A stretch of DNA of 64,000 bases from Mizuhopecten yessoensis. Taxonomy: Eukaryota. The position numbers were made by a program, and so were the translations under genes. The notes below the pieces were generated by a model. It was not told the origin of the DNA, did no database searches, and worked only from the letters and a program-made list of their open reading frames with translations. The stretch spans positions 775,319 to 839,318 of the forward strand of contig NW_018408787.1 of NCBI RefSeq assembly GCF_002113885.1, written 5' to 3'. Shown here piece by piece: positions 51,401 through 63,569 of the stretch (position 1 is its first letter; the number at the start of each line of letters is the position of its first letter).

Positions 51401-54222
51401 CAATATATCAACATGGTCAACCTTACATCACATATCACCAACGTACACAATATATCAACATGGTCAACCTTACATCACATATCACCAACGTACACAATAT
51501 ATCAACATGGTCAACCTTACATCACATATCACCAACGTACACAATATATCAACATGGTCAACCTTACATCACATATCACCAACGTACACAATATATCAAC
51601 ATGGTCAACCTTACATCACATATCACCAACGTACACAATATATCAACATGGTCAACCTTACATCACATATCACCAACGTACACAATATATCAACATGGTC
51701 AACCTTACATCACATATCACCAACGTACACAATATATCAACATGGTCAACCTTACATCACATATCACCAACGTACACAATATATCAACATGGTCAACCTT
51801 ACATCACATATCACCAACGTACACAATATATCAACATGGTCAACCTTACATCACATATCACCAACGTACACAATATATCAACATGGTCAACCTTACATCA
51901 CATATCACCAACGTACACAATATATCAACATGGTCAACCTTACATCACATATCACCAACGTACACAATATATCAACATGGTCAACCTTACATCACATATC
52001 ACCAACGTACACAATATATCAACATGGTCAACCTTACATCACATATCACCAACGTACACAATATATCAACATGGTCAACCTTACATCACATATCACCAAC
52101 GTACACAATATATCAACATGGTCAACCTTACATCACATATCACCAACGTACACAATATATCAACATGGTCAACCTTACATCACATATCACCAACGTACAC
52201 AATATATCAACATGGTCAACCTTACATCACATATCACCAACGTACACAATATATCAACATGGTCAACCTTACATCACATATCACCAACGTACACAATATA
52301 TCAACATGGTCAACCTTACATCACATATCACCAACGTACACAATATATCAACATGGTCAACCTTACATCACATATCACCAACGTACACAATATATCAACA
52401 TGGTCAACCTTACATCACATATCACCAACGTACACAATATATCAACATGGTCAACCTTACATCACATATCACCAACGTACACAATATATCAACATGGTCA
52501 ACCTTACATCACATATCACCAACGTACACAATATATCAACATGGTCAACCTTACATCACATATCACCAACGTACACAATATATCAACATGGTCAACCTTA
52601 CATCACATATCACCAACGTACACAATATATCAACATGGTCAACCTTACATCACATATCACCAACGTACACAATATATCAACATGGTCAACCTTACATCAC
52701 ATATCACCAACGTACACAATATATCAACATGGTCAACCTTACATCACATATCACCAACGTACACAATATATCAACATGGTCAACCTTACATCACATATCA
52801 CCAACGTACACAATATATCAACATGGTCAACCTTACATCACATATCACCAACGTACACAATATATCAACAAGGTCAACCTTACATCACATATCACCAACG
52901 TACACAATATATCAACAAGGTCAACCTTACATCACATATCACCAACGTACACAATATATCAACAAGGTCAACCTTACATCACATATCACCAACGTACACA
53001 ATATATCAACAAGGTCAACCTTACATCACATATCACCAACGTACACAATATATCAACAAGGTCAACCTTACATCACATATCACCAACGTACACAATATAT
53101 CAACAAGGTCAACCTTACATCACATATCACCAACGTACACAATATATCAACAAGGTCAACCTTACATCACATATCACCAACGTACACAATATATCAACAA
53201 GGTCAACCTTACATCACATATCACCAACGTACACAATATATCAACAAGGTCAACCTTACATCACATATCACCAACGTACACAATATATCAACAAGGTCAA
53301 CCTTACATCACATATCACCAACGTACACAATATATCAACAAGGTCAACCTTACATCATATATCACCAACGTACACAATATATCAACAAGGTCAACCTTAC
53401 ATCACATATCACCAACGTACACAATATATCAACAAGGTCAACCTTACATCACATATCACCAACGTACACAATATATCAACAAGGTCAACCTTGCATCACA
53501 TATCACCAACGTACACAATATATCAACATGGTCAACCTTACATTAGATATCACCAACGTACACAGTATATCAACAAGGTCAATCTCACATCATATATCAC
53601 CAACGTACACAATATATCAACATGGTCAACCTTACATCATATATCACCAACGTACACAATATATCAACANNNNNNNNNNNNNNNNNNNNNNNNNNNNNNN
53701 NNNNNNNNNNNNNNNNNNNNNNNNNNNNNNNNNNNNNNNNNNNNNNNNNNNNNNNNNNNNNNNNNNNNNNNNNNNNNNNNNNNNNNNNNNNNNNNNNNNN
53801 NNNNNNNNNNNNNNNNNNNNNNNNNNNNNNNNNNNNNNNNNNNNNNNNNNNNNNNNNNNNNNNNNNNNNNNNNNNNNNNNNNNNNNNNNNNNNNNNNNNN
53901 NNNNNNNNNNNNNNNNNNNNNNNNNNNNNNNNNNNNNNNNNNNNNNNNNNNNNNNNNNNNNNNNNNNNNNNNNNNNNNNNNNNNNNNNNNNNNNNNNNNN
54001 NNNNNNNNNNNNNNNNNNNNNNNNNNNNNNNNNNNNNNNNNNNNNNNNNNNNNNNNNNNNNNNNNNNNNNNNNNNNNNNNNNNNNNNNNNNNNNNNNNNN
54101 NNNNNNNNNNNNNNCACCAACGTACACAATATATCAGCAAGGTAAACCTTACATCACATAACACCAACGTACACAATATATCAACAAGGTTAACCTTACA
54201 TCACATACCACCAACGTACACA
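48476..54222. repeat. 47-bp satellite array (>110 units, spans an assembly gap)
   Basis: Unit CACCAACGTACACAATATATCAACAAGGTCAACCTTACATCACATAT, arranged in variant blocks. Confidence 0.97.
53670..54114. other. Assembly gap (445 N)
   Basis: Run of N inside the 47-bp array. Confidence 0.99.
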
Positions 54223-57200
54223 AAATTGCATCAATGTTAACAATCTATCATCAAAGTAAACAAGTATAATCAATATTTTAATTCATATCATGAATGCAAA
54301 CAATTTATCCTAATGAAGATATTTTATTTACAAACAACTAGCTGTGTGAGTGCTCCTATGTAGCTTTAACGCAGGGATCACACAAATGATATACATTAAC
54401 AGACGCTTAAAACACGTTTAAGTCGGTGTTAAATTATTTTAGGATATGTACTACTAGCAGCAAAAATTATAACGCTCCTTACAAAAAACAATGACATTAA
54501 GTACGTGAGAATAGTTCGGGTGTCACGTCATCTAAATAACCTTGATGGTGGTATAAGTTACAGTCGCTCTGTGTCACTGTACGCCGGCGGGACGCTGATA
54601 CGATATGGCAAACAAAAACATTTTTTAAAAGGTAATGTTCACCCCATTATGTTAAAAAACCTATTGTACTTTTCTTTTACTTTAAGGGGTAAGTATGATA
54701 TGTGTTACCACAAAGGTTGTGCATCTCTTAATGTATTTTTTCGTTTTTTTTATTATCGAGGGTTAATACATCTTGTTCGCACGTATGATCCGCCGAGCAC
54801 AAATACACAATATATCTTATACCATATTTACACAAACGATAAACCACGTTCGCACGCATAATATACATTGCGTACTCACGAAACATTCACAAGGCCCCAA
54901 GCATGGATAACTCGATGTAGGAAGTATCACGTCAATTCTTTGTGAAAAAACGCAAGCCAGAATGAGGATATAAATAGCCAGAATGAGGATATAAATAAGC
55001 AATTCCATTGCGTTCTAAGATGTTGAAACACGATTTACAGGTCCCTGTCTAGAAATGGCATGCATAACCTTTTTCCGCTATCGGCATTGGTATGAACATT
55101 TATAAAACTAAACGAGGCGGTTTTTTGTTGTAACCATCATATATCAGTAACAACCACAAATTTAATTGAAATATACACGTAACATTGACAATGAATAAAC
55201 CATGTATAAAACCTCATTTAACTTGAGATTTAACTTCTAGCTTTTCAAACATATCGTCAGACGCAACTACTATTATTTTATGGGCAATGTTGTTGTCGAT
55301 ACATTTGTTTAAACACGGTTCGGGTTCTATATTGGACTGGTGTAAGGCTGTAAGGGATTTAGGTAAACGTTAGTGTTAAAATTATAAAAATGAAATCTGC
55401 CAATTTATTACCCAACTTGTAGCTCATATGTAACCCCTTACCTGTCCTTCCAGTTTCCTCCCGTGGTAAGTACGGTCGGATGAGTCCTGGCTTTATGTTT
55501 AGGTACCGTTCATGTTAGGGACATCAAAGACTCGGTAATCGCTCTGTTTTAAGGGTATAATCAATTTGTTTTCAAAACATTTTCTTCCGAAATAAAGGGA
55601 TTACACAACAGACTTAGTCTGAATAAGTTTTCATTCATTCAAGTTACAGCATGTGATGCATGTACATATCAATATTTAACACAGGGCGTGGGATGGACAG
55701 GTGATATATTGATAATATAGATTTTAGGAATAGTAAGTCGAATTGTTAATTTAAATTAGGTTTGAAAAACAGTTACTAGATTGATAGAAAAATAAGATAT
55801 GAATAGGTGTAATAATTACAAATATCAACATTAACACTCCAACACTACACGTGTAAGGGCATATGCTACTATATTCAACATTCGTGTTATTTGTGTTAGA
55901 GTTACTTCCCTTAGGGTAAAGTACCTCGCATCATTAGCTTTATGAAATTATTCAAGCATTTTCAATTAACTACTAGTGATAAACCCAATTCATCAATCAT
56001 GCGGATCATTTTGCCCTTTTTCGTGGCATGGCCAAGTGTTATCCGATTTTCGCTTATGTCACATGAAGCGCTTACGTCAATGACTTCTTCTTCCAAAAAG
56101 GCCAGTCTTTCGCCCTATAACTTCCCTGTAAGCTGGTATCATTTTGAAAATTAAAGTTTGACGTACTATATGAGAAGACATAACGACAGAAGAAACGTTG
56201 TCAGCGTGATTCGAACCTATGACTATTCGATCGATACCCTGCCTTAACCAGTACCCTTCAGATAGGCCATTCCTTGTAAAACATTAGTTGTATTTTTGAG
56301 TGTTNGTCTTTTCTTCAATGAAGATTTTTTTTTTTTTATCACAGGAGGATACACCCTTAACATGACAATAGTTGTTGGTAATAAACTCCGTGGTAAAATA
56401 TAAACTTTAGACTCACTTCGAGACAGAGAACATGAGGCACTGAACGGCAGACACACGATATGCTTGTACTGACTCCGGCTAGCTAGCCACCCACTATCTT
56501 AACAAGTCTCTGAGCATCCTCATAACGCAGGTCAGATTTCTCACACTCGAGTAAACCTTTATACTTTATCATTATATGAACTAAAAAACTGCTTCTAAAT
56601 CGGTGTAAAAGTAACCCACTCCACCCCAAAGAAAATAGATACATAAATAGAAAAGGCATAGGTACTCGCACGTCTATACAGGCGTATAGACGTAATTACA
56701 TGTACACTTATATAGCTACCTACTCCCGTTCGTAGGTAAATACACAGGTAAAGTAGCATACACTTACGTAAGCACGAACGCGTACTTACACGTATATCAT
56801 TACATAGGTGCATTTGCGGGGTTTGTTTCATACCCTTAGATATGTACATACACGTGCAGACACGTACCTAGACACCTGCATGCATGGTTACATTCAAGTG
56901 TATAGATACCTATACCTAACGTTACATACACCCGCATAGGCACGACAATGGATCAGCCTTACAAAGTTAAAGCTAATAGTTTTTGTTTTCCTAATTGGAA
57001 ATTATAATCAAGATCGGTTACAAAGATTTACATATTAACATTCAACATGGCGACAGGATACAACTAAAAACAAAACGGGCACATATCTAATACAATAACG
57101 CAATCAAATGGCAAACTCTACATACGGTATTTGAATTTTAACGATATATGAAATATGTTTAATGAGTTTTATTTTCCATGAGATTGAGTTACTTGACAAT

Positions 57201-57729
57201 TGCTCAAAGTTTTATGTATCGTAATATTCATGCAAGACGAATGCCACTGCATAGTTTCTAGCTACAACTACACAAATGTGACTTACAATACATGGATATT
57301 CAATTCATACAATTCAAGGTAGTCAATTCCATTATTACAATCCGAGGATTTCATGGAACCTTTTTATCAAGAGCTAATTACTGTTCCTATGCTACATGGA
57401 TAATTATCTCCACAAGTGTGCACTGAGCAAAGCATATTCTTGATTTTACCCACTGCATGGTGTAAGAGGCAATGCGAGAGGCGACTAATGTTGGAACCAT
57501 ATCAGAATTGGGGGTCTGTTTTAGTGCTCTCTTCCTGGGGATGCAAGAAGACCAAATAATTTTGCTATACTTATTGAATAACTTAAGATTTTATATTTCT
57601 TCTTGCTTAGCAATACCTCACATTTATCTTTAGTGTTTCACGTTCGCCCAAGTGAGGAAGGCAAAAGATTGTGTCCTCAGGCCGGAACATAACGAAGTCC
57701 TGAAGTAATGGTAACTTAAGGGAAAAGGT

Positions 57730-58330
57730 CAGGCAGCCCTTCATCATTCAACATCTTCAGAATGTGACAAACCGGTTTCAAGACACTGAGTTTATATATT
57801 CAATCTGGCGATCTTGGACAAAACAACTCTGTTTGAGCCATGCTCCTTCCAATAATTGACAGAAATTAAGTGTATGGGCAACCACTTCGGTATCGATGGT
57901 CGAATGGACAGACTTTCTCAATTTTGATAACCGACGAGATGGTTTCCGAGACATCCTGGCATGCATCAAACGTTTCCATGGAGAGAATAAACTAGGACTG
58001 AAGGTATTCTTACCCACCATGGCTCACCTCTATGCAACGACTAGCCCGAGTTTCCTCTGGCTCCTACACCAGACTTAGACAATTTGACAGATATATGTCT
58101 GGTCTGGTGTCAAAGGAAACTCGGGCTATTCAACGGCATGTGCTATTCCATCAAGCACAGCTAAGGTAGAGAGAGTCTTTCCCAGGTTATATATTTTAAG
58201 ACTTAACATAGTATCAGGATGAGCCAGGATAATTGAACTTTTCGTCGGAGATGTTCAAGTCCTTCTTCCTACAGCAGCAAGAAAATAACTATATGCGAAA
58301 GAAGAAGACTGCCTTCCATTGTTGCTGAGC
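57730..58330 (+). pseudogene. Decayed hAT transposase C-terminal (dimerisation domain) fragment, interrupted by a MITE
   Basis: Removing the MITE and one TSD copy restores LPTMAHLYATACAIPSSTAKVERVF, which matches the hAT xPxSxAxxERxFS motif. Stops and frameshifts surround it. Confidence 0.75.
58042..58128. mobile_element. Internally deleted copy of the TAGCCCGAGTTTCC MITE, 9-bp TSD
   Basis: TAGCCCGAGTTTCCT / AGGAAACTCGGGCTA. Flanks TGCAACGAC / TTCAACGGC match 7/9. Confidence 0.85.
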
Positions 58331-59359
58331 ACATTTGAGACTCTCTACATCAGCAAACAACTGACACAACACTCATTGTGCCCATAGTAATCACTTGTTA
58401 ATTGATCTTTTTCTCATATTTTTTTTTCTTTTCTTATAAATTGATATTTTATCACTACAAGTTCTTATCTTCTTACTTCTTTGGCAACTTTAAAGGACCA
58501 TATTTCCACCCAGTCGACACCTGTGTGTAAAACATATTCTGATGATGTGTCAGCCATAGTGATCAAAGTGGGATTATTTTAATTTGAGAAATGAGTATGT
58601 GATATATATCTCATCTCATTTATGCCAAATATTTGTTGAGCCATCACAGTATAAAAGGCAGCTGTCTGAGTGCCTGTGACAGTGCTATCTGGTTTTGTTT
58701 GAGGTGCTACTCTTGATTGAGATTGAATGAAATAGAGTTCATGTTACATGTTAGATAATACCGTTGATAGTTTTTACCTATGAAAATATTCATGAAATGA
58801 TCACGATCTTGTTTCTCGTCATTCTTTCAAACTTATGCAAAGTTCATTTAAGCCCATGGACATAACCAACGTCTTTTAGAAAAAACAAATTTCAGAAAAA
58901 GGAAAAGATGAACAATTTGTATATACCAGTATTATCATTGAATATAATGGTCAGGATTTGTAAATTTATGATGGACGCAGATGTCTGAATAACTCTGCAG
59001 TAATGGACACAATACAAGTCATAAAGATATTAATATTCAAAAGAAATCAAGACAACATTCAGGCTGACAATACAGTCCTAGGTGTGCACTAGACCTGCAT
59101 ATGACAAGGAGGAAATCGATGATGAACACGTGTGATTGAAGATAATGCGACTGAAAAACATGCCCTCAAACCCTGATAGCGCGCGCAATAAATGCCTTTT
59201 TCGGTCAGTAGCATGCCCTTTTCAAATTCTACCCGGAATACTGAGTAGCACTGTACTGGGTGCATTAAACATGGACTTTCAGTGAGGTAACACTCTTAAG
59301 TCGGCATCAGATCCGAGCAATTGCAAGGATGCAAGTACACCAACATACCACATCAAGTA

Positions 59360-59462
59360 CACACTTACACACATAACACCTCTAGCACACACATACATAA
59401 CACCTCTAGTACACACATGCACACATAACACCTCTAGTACACACATACACACATAACACACA
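59360..59462. repeat. ~28-30-bp CA-rich tandem repeat, ~4 copies
   Basis: ACACATAACACCTCTAGTACACACAT repeated. Confidence 0.75.
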
Positions 59463-59726
59463 TGGAGACACATATCAAACTGACGGTTATAGCTGTAATA
59501 GCACGCATCCCAATACATCTAAACTAAAAACCAGCACTTCAGGTGCGTGCGTGTCCGCATAGGTGCTGGAGGTGTAGTAAGGATGTTTCATCGAGCCACA
59601 TCACTTGAACATTATGGCACAGTGCACAAATACTGAAGAACCCACGTAAAGCAATGCTTTATTCACCTGTAACACTAGAAGAATGTGGATAGAAGAAAAA
59701 CACTTTCTCTAAAAGTACAGTATACA

Positions 59727-59797
59727 ACAATTTCGGGAATTGAACCCGATTGTTTGCATGGAAACCCGACGTGTTCACCACTCCAGATGAGTCCGTC
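59727..59797 (-). pseudogene. Decayed tRNA-like sequence (tRNA-Gly(TCC)-like or SINE head)
   Basis: Minus strand GAGTGGTGAACAC...TTTCCATGCA..CGGGTTCAATTCCCG has an intact T-arm/B box, but the acceptor and anticodon stems do not pair. Confidence 0.3.
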
Positions 59798-60067
59798 GAA
59801 TACAAACATTCATGGTCAATATGAAAGTCAGCAGGAAATGTACAGATTGAACTGGATGTAGAGTCTTCCATTTTGTTATTTGTTTTCAGATGAGATTCAT
59901 TTAGTGCATGTATGTACAAATATGATAATTTGATAAAATACTATCGGTCAACCAGCGATCAGTGGCAAATCGTTATAATTCAGTGTTTATAATAACATGT
60001 ATAACTTGCATGTTTCTTTTAAAATGTATTCATGCAATATTGTTACTTGCTATTTTTTGTCTTGCAG

Positions 60068-60109
60068 CCCGCCACGTCTATACCAACATATACAGTCACA
60101 ACAATACTG
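60068..60109 (+). CDS. Ionotropic glutamate receptor/IR-like gene, exon a (start of S1)
   Basis: TTTTTTGTCTTGCAG|42 nt|GTAAGT encodes PATSIPTYTVTTIL and joins in phase 0 to HEPYTM (compare the canonical iGluR VVTTIL-ExPY). Not in the ORF track frame. Confidence 0.8.
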
Positions 60110-60445
60110 GTAAGTACGACCATCTGTCCAGGGAGGCTGTGTTGAGTGTCGAGACTTGACTTGTTGATAGTTTCATATGAGTTATGAAAGTAACAAGAAA
60201 GTAGGTTTGAACACAGAATCCTTTTCATAAATGCAGGCCCAGGTATTCCCAAAGATAAGCGTCGTCTTCTTCATCGATAACACCCGCTAAGTTCAGCTAT
60301 CAATATATTTATAAACGACAACGGCTCCACAACGTAGATTTTCACAGGATTGACATATTTTTTTTTAATAATTGATTAAGAATTAGAAATGAAAGAAATT
60401 AGGTAGATGGCGATTGCTAAATATATTACGTTGCATTATTTGTAG

Positions 60446-60646
60446 CATGAGCCGTATACGATGTTGAACCCCAAGTCCACAGACAGCTCTACTAAATACA
60501 TTGGTATTGTTAAGGATATCCTCGACAGAATCAGCCATATACTCAACGTAAACTTCAAATTCGTCCATGTTGGTGACAACGCATTCGGTCGACAAATCAA
60601 CGACTCTGGAAACTGGACTGGCATGATCGGCGAGCTTCTTCGTAAA
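60446..60646 (+). CDS. iGluR/IR-like gene, exon b (S1 ligand-binding lobe)
   Basis: TTTGTAG|201 nt|GTAAGT encodes HEPYTML..YIGIVKDILDRIS..DNAFG..GNWTGMIGELLRK. Confidence 0.92.
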
Positions 60647-60948
60647 GTAAGTATATAAACGTATTGTTCTATATGTAGTTTGCATTTTCCTGAGGTAATG
60701 GCCTCAACTCTTGACTGAACTGGTCACACTTACCATTGCACATAGCCAAGTAACATTTACGACTTTATCTTTCCACCTCGGACGGAATAGCCGCAGCAAT
60801 TGTCCATGACGATTAAAAGACTGAGGTCATGGAAAAGTATCGGAGATTACAAATATATAAACCTAGTTCATTCATCTCGAGACTCTGAATGATACTCTCA
60901 GATGATTTGATGACGTCATTCATGACAAATGAATCTGTTTTCCCCTAG

Positions 60949-61181
60949 GAAGCTGATATAGCGGCGTCTGCATTGACAGTATCTGCTGAACGCGCCAAGA
61001 AGGTCCATTTCTCACAGATGTTCACCGACACTGGATTGAGCATCCTATTAAAGAAACCACAGAAACACGCCCAATCACATAACTCCGCCTCTCTCCCATT
61101 CTGTCCATTCACGGTTGGAATATGGGCGTCAATCATCGTTGCATACATCATTGTGTCACTGGTGCTGTACGTAATTAGCAG
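60949..61181 (+). CDS. iGluR/IR-like gene, exon c (end of S1, pre-M1, M1)
   Basis: TTTTCCCCTAG|233 nt|GTAGGG encodes EADIAASALTVSAERAKKVHFSQMFTDTGLSILLKKP..PFTVGIWASIIVAYIIVSLVLYVISR. Confidence 0.92.
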
Positions 61182-61791
61182 GTAGGGTCACGTGGATATT
61201 TGATACCTTTACTTAAGTGCACGACCGGAACTACCGTAGAGAATTATGTGATTGCGCCTCAAATATGTCCTCTGACCACAGCCAATGCTTCCGGTTCGTT
61301 GTACACGAATGTGATGCATTTCTAAGCTTTTATGCTCGTTTTTAAATGAGTTATTATTTCTTTCATGTGAATGAAAGGAATCTTTATGTCACACCAATAT
61401 AAAGCATGATACGTCTCCCGTTAATAAACATGGTTGATTAATTTGTGTGAATGTCATCATGGCTTAATGATACGGTATGTTGTTAGGCCCCTGAGCATGG
61501 GTTTCAGCTCACCACAAATGTGTCCTGGATAGCTGTACAAAACCTATAAAGATCAGGTATCGAGCACTGTGTAAAGCATTTTTCTTTGGTAAGAACACAT
61601 AGGGAAATTAATTGTGGTCTGAGTCCCCGTCTGCTCGTCTTTCCGCCCGATCTTTGATTGTGTACGTTAGAGCGTGTCGGGCTGACCGTATCAGTACGGC
61701 TGTTACTTGTAGACTAAGGTCCCCTGTCACTATTTAAAAATATTTAAAAGTATAAACTTAAGTACATATTATGTCTTTTTTATGAATACAG

Positions 61792-61886
61792 GATGAATCC
61801 AGAGGAGCGAGCGGCTGATCGAGGAGAAGATCACATTACAATATGTACCGCCTTCTTCGTGACGCTCAGCATGCTCTCCCTGCAGG
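61792..61886 (+). CDS. iGluR/IR-like gene, exon d (M1-M2 loop and pore helix); gene continues beyond the window
   Basis: ATACAG|95 nt|GTTTGT. The phase-2 join gives (R)MNPEERAADRGEDHITICTAFFVTLSMLSLQ(G). Confidence 0.85.
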
Positions 61887-63569
61887 GTTTGTAGAATGAC
61901 CGTGGCCACACGCTGATCAATAGCGTCCCGTGCTATATTTTTCATTTATTGCTTTAATAATAAAAAAAATAAAAAAAAAATCAACACAACTCTAACATGA
62001 CATGTGCTGTTTCATCAGTATTTCAGGGGAAAACATCGGCCAATATGGTAAAAGTCTTTTTATACAGCAACTTTGAACAGTATGAAAAAAGCGGACATAA
62101 AATGGCATCTCTATCTATTTGGAACATTTCTGACAAAAAGCAATGAGCGTTAAGTCCTGGAAGTGGCAAAGAAATGCTGAACTATCGTTTGTTCTTGACA
62201 AATCTAGCTAAGAATCGCGAATGACCTCACAGGTTGAGAAGTGGAGGGGTAAGTATACATAGACATGTCTACAGACATGTGTTTGGTACTCAAAATGAGC
62301 AGAATGTGCAGAATATGATTTCTGTATCTTTGGAACAGGTTACGAATGCGTTATATATCATGAATTCCTTGCTTTGATTAAAAAGACGCTTTTAGCAGTA
62401 AAACACATTTTTTTCCTAAAAAATCTTTTGGTTTCGGTTTAAGATGGCAATCGAGTTTCAGAAGAATTCTTTCAATTGTAATTGCAGATGTCTACAGCAG
62501 AATTACAATAAAAACAAAAAAAATAAATATAAAGAGCTGTAGCCAGACCCAGAAACAAGAAGATAATGAAATTTTCGTCATCGGTTCCTTAAAGTGGAGG
62601 CCGTTCATAGGTTTTGCTGGTTGGCCAATTTCTTTTTTATCTACGATCTTAACGTTAAGATATTCTTAAAGGAAATGAAAATAAAATGAAATGGAATCTG
62701 TTCCTTTTCATAAACTGAGTTTAAGAATATAACAAGAACGTTATTGTTTCAAATACCTTTAAGCAGTATAACAATTGTCATCATACATAGCACTTAGTGA
62801 ATATTTTTGCTCTTGTAACATCAATAACCTCATGGAAGCAACACTGCTTTTCATGCAGTCATGACATTTCCGAAGCACGTGCCGAAACCCCATTAGCCTC
62901 TTAAACCGAATCACCGACATATCCATTTAGCAGGATTAAAACGATATATGACTGGTTAAAGGGTTCTTTGTATTATATAGTGCAATTATTAGCCTCTTCC
63001 TTAAATGTATTCTGTACATTGCAATAGATTATAATTTGAGGGAAATGATCGCAAAACGTAAATACCGACAGTGTCCTTGAGAGGTTGTAAACTTCATATG
63101 GAAAATGCACAGCGCACAGAACATTTCCCCAAACCGTGCACAACATTTTGGGAACCAATTCATGTTGAAAAGAAAAAGGAATTTGTATTTTTTTGTATCG
63201 CTTCAGTGCCGCACACCTTATACTGATACCCCGATTATGAGGAGAAACACGGTGAAAGAGACGCTAGAAAATACCATGTCGTGAATATATGAGGAATACT
63301 GTTAATGCTGCAAAATAATACTATTTTTACCTTAATTCCATTTAATGTTTAAAGCTATATTTGGTGGTTAAATCTTTTGAAGTATTCAGTAAACAGGGGG
63401 AAAACATAAAAATACAAACATTGGTCATTAAATAAATCAAAATTTAAATTGCTACAGAAGTTTCTAAGTTGACAAAGAATAATATTTGCCCTTTTATCAC
63501 CTTCAGTTTTAAAAAATTAAGGTTGATTCATTATCGATAATAATATCTTGATTCAACTGTGTTTAAAGG

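Noticed and set aside
11212-54222. CRISPR-like interpretation of the 34-47-bp repeat arrays
   Set aside because: Units are head-to-tail with no unique spacers, there are no cas genes, and the context is eukaryotic.
50990-54240. Three ORFs of 820-1067 aa and several X-rich ORFs
   Set aside because: Artefacts of a stop-free 47-bp satellite variant read in all three frames, plus the N gap.
59962-60159. 65-aa ORF with a signal-peptide-like stretch (MFLLKCIHAILLLAIFCLA)
   Set aside because: Out of frame with the iGluR VTTIL exon, and its hydrophobicity can come from the T-rich acceptor tract. It would matter only if the T6 run at 60053-60058 were a one-base sequencing error.
62020-62520. Candidate next iGluR exon at AG sites near 62026, 62338 and 62487
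   Set aside because: None translates to the expected PxSxxxR/M3 SYTANL sequence, so the next exon is probably outside the window.
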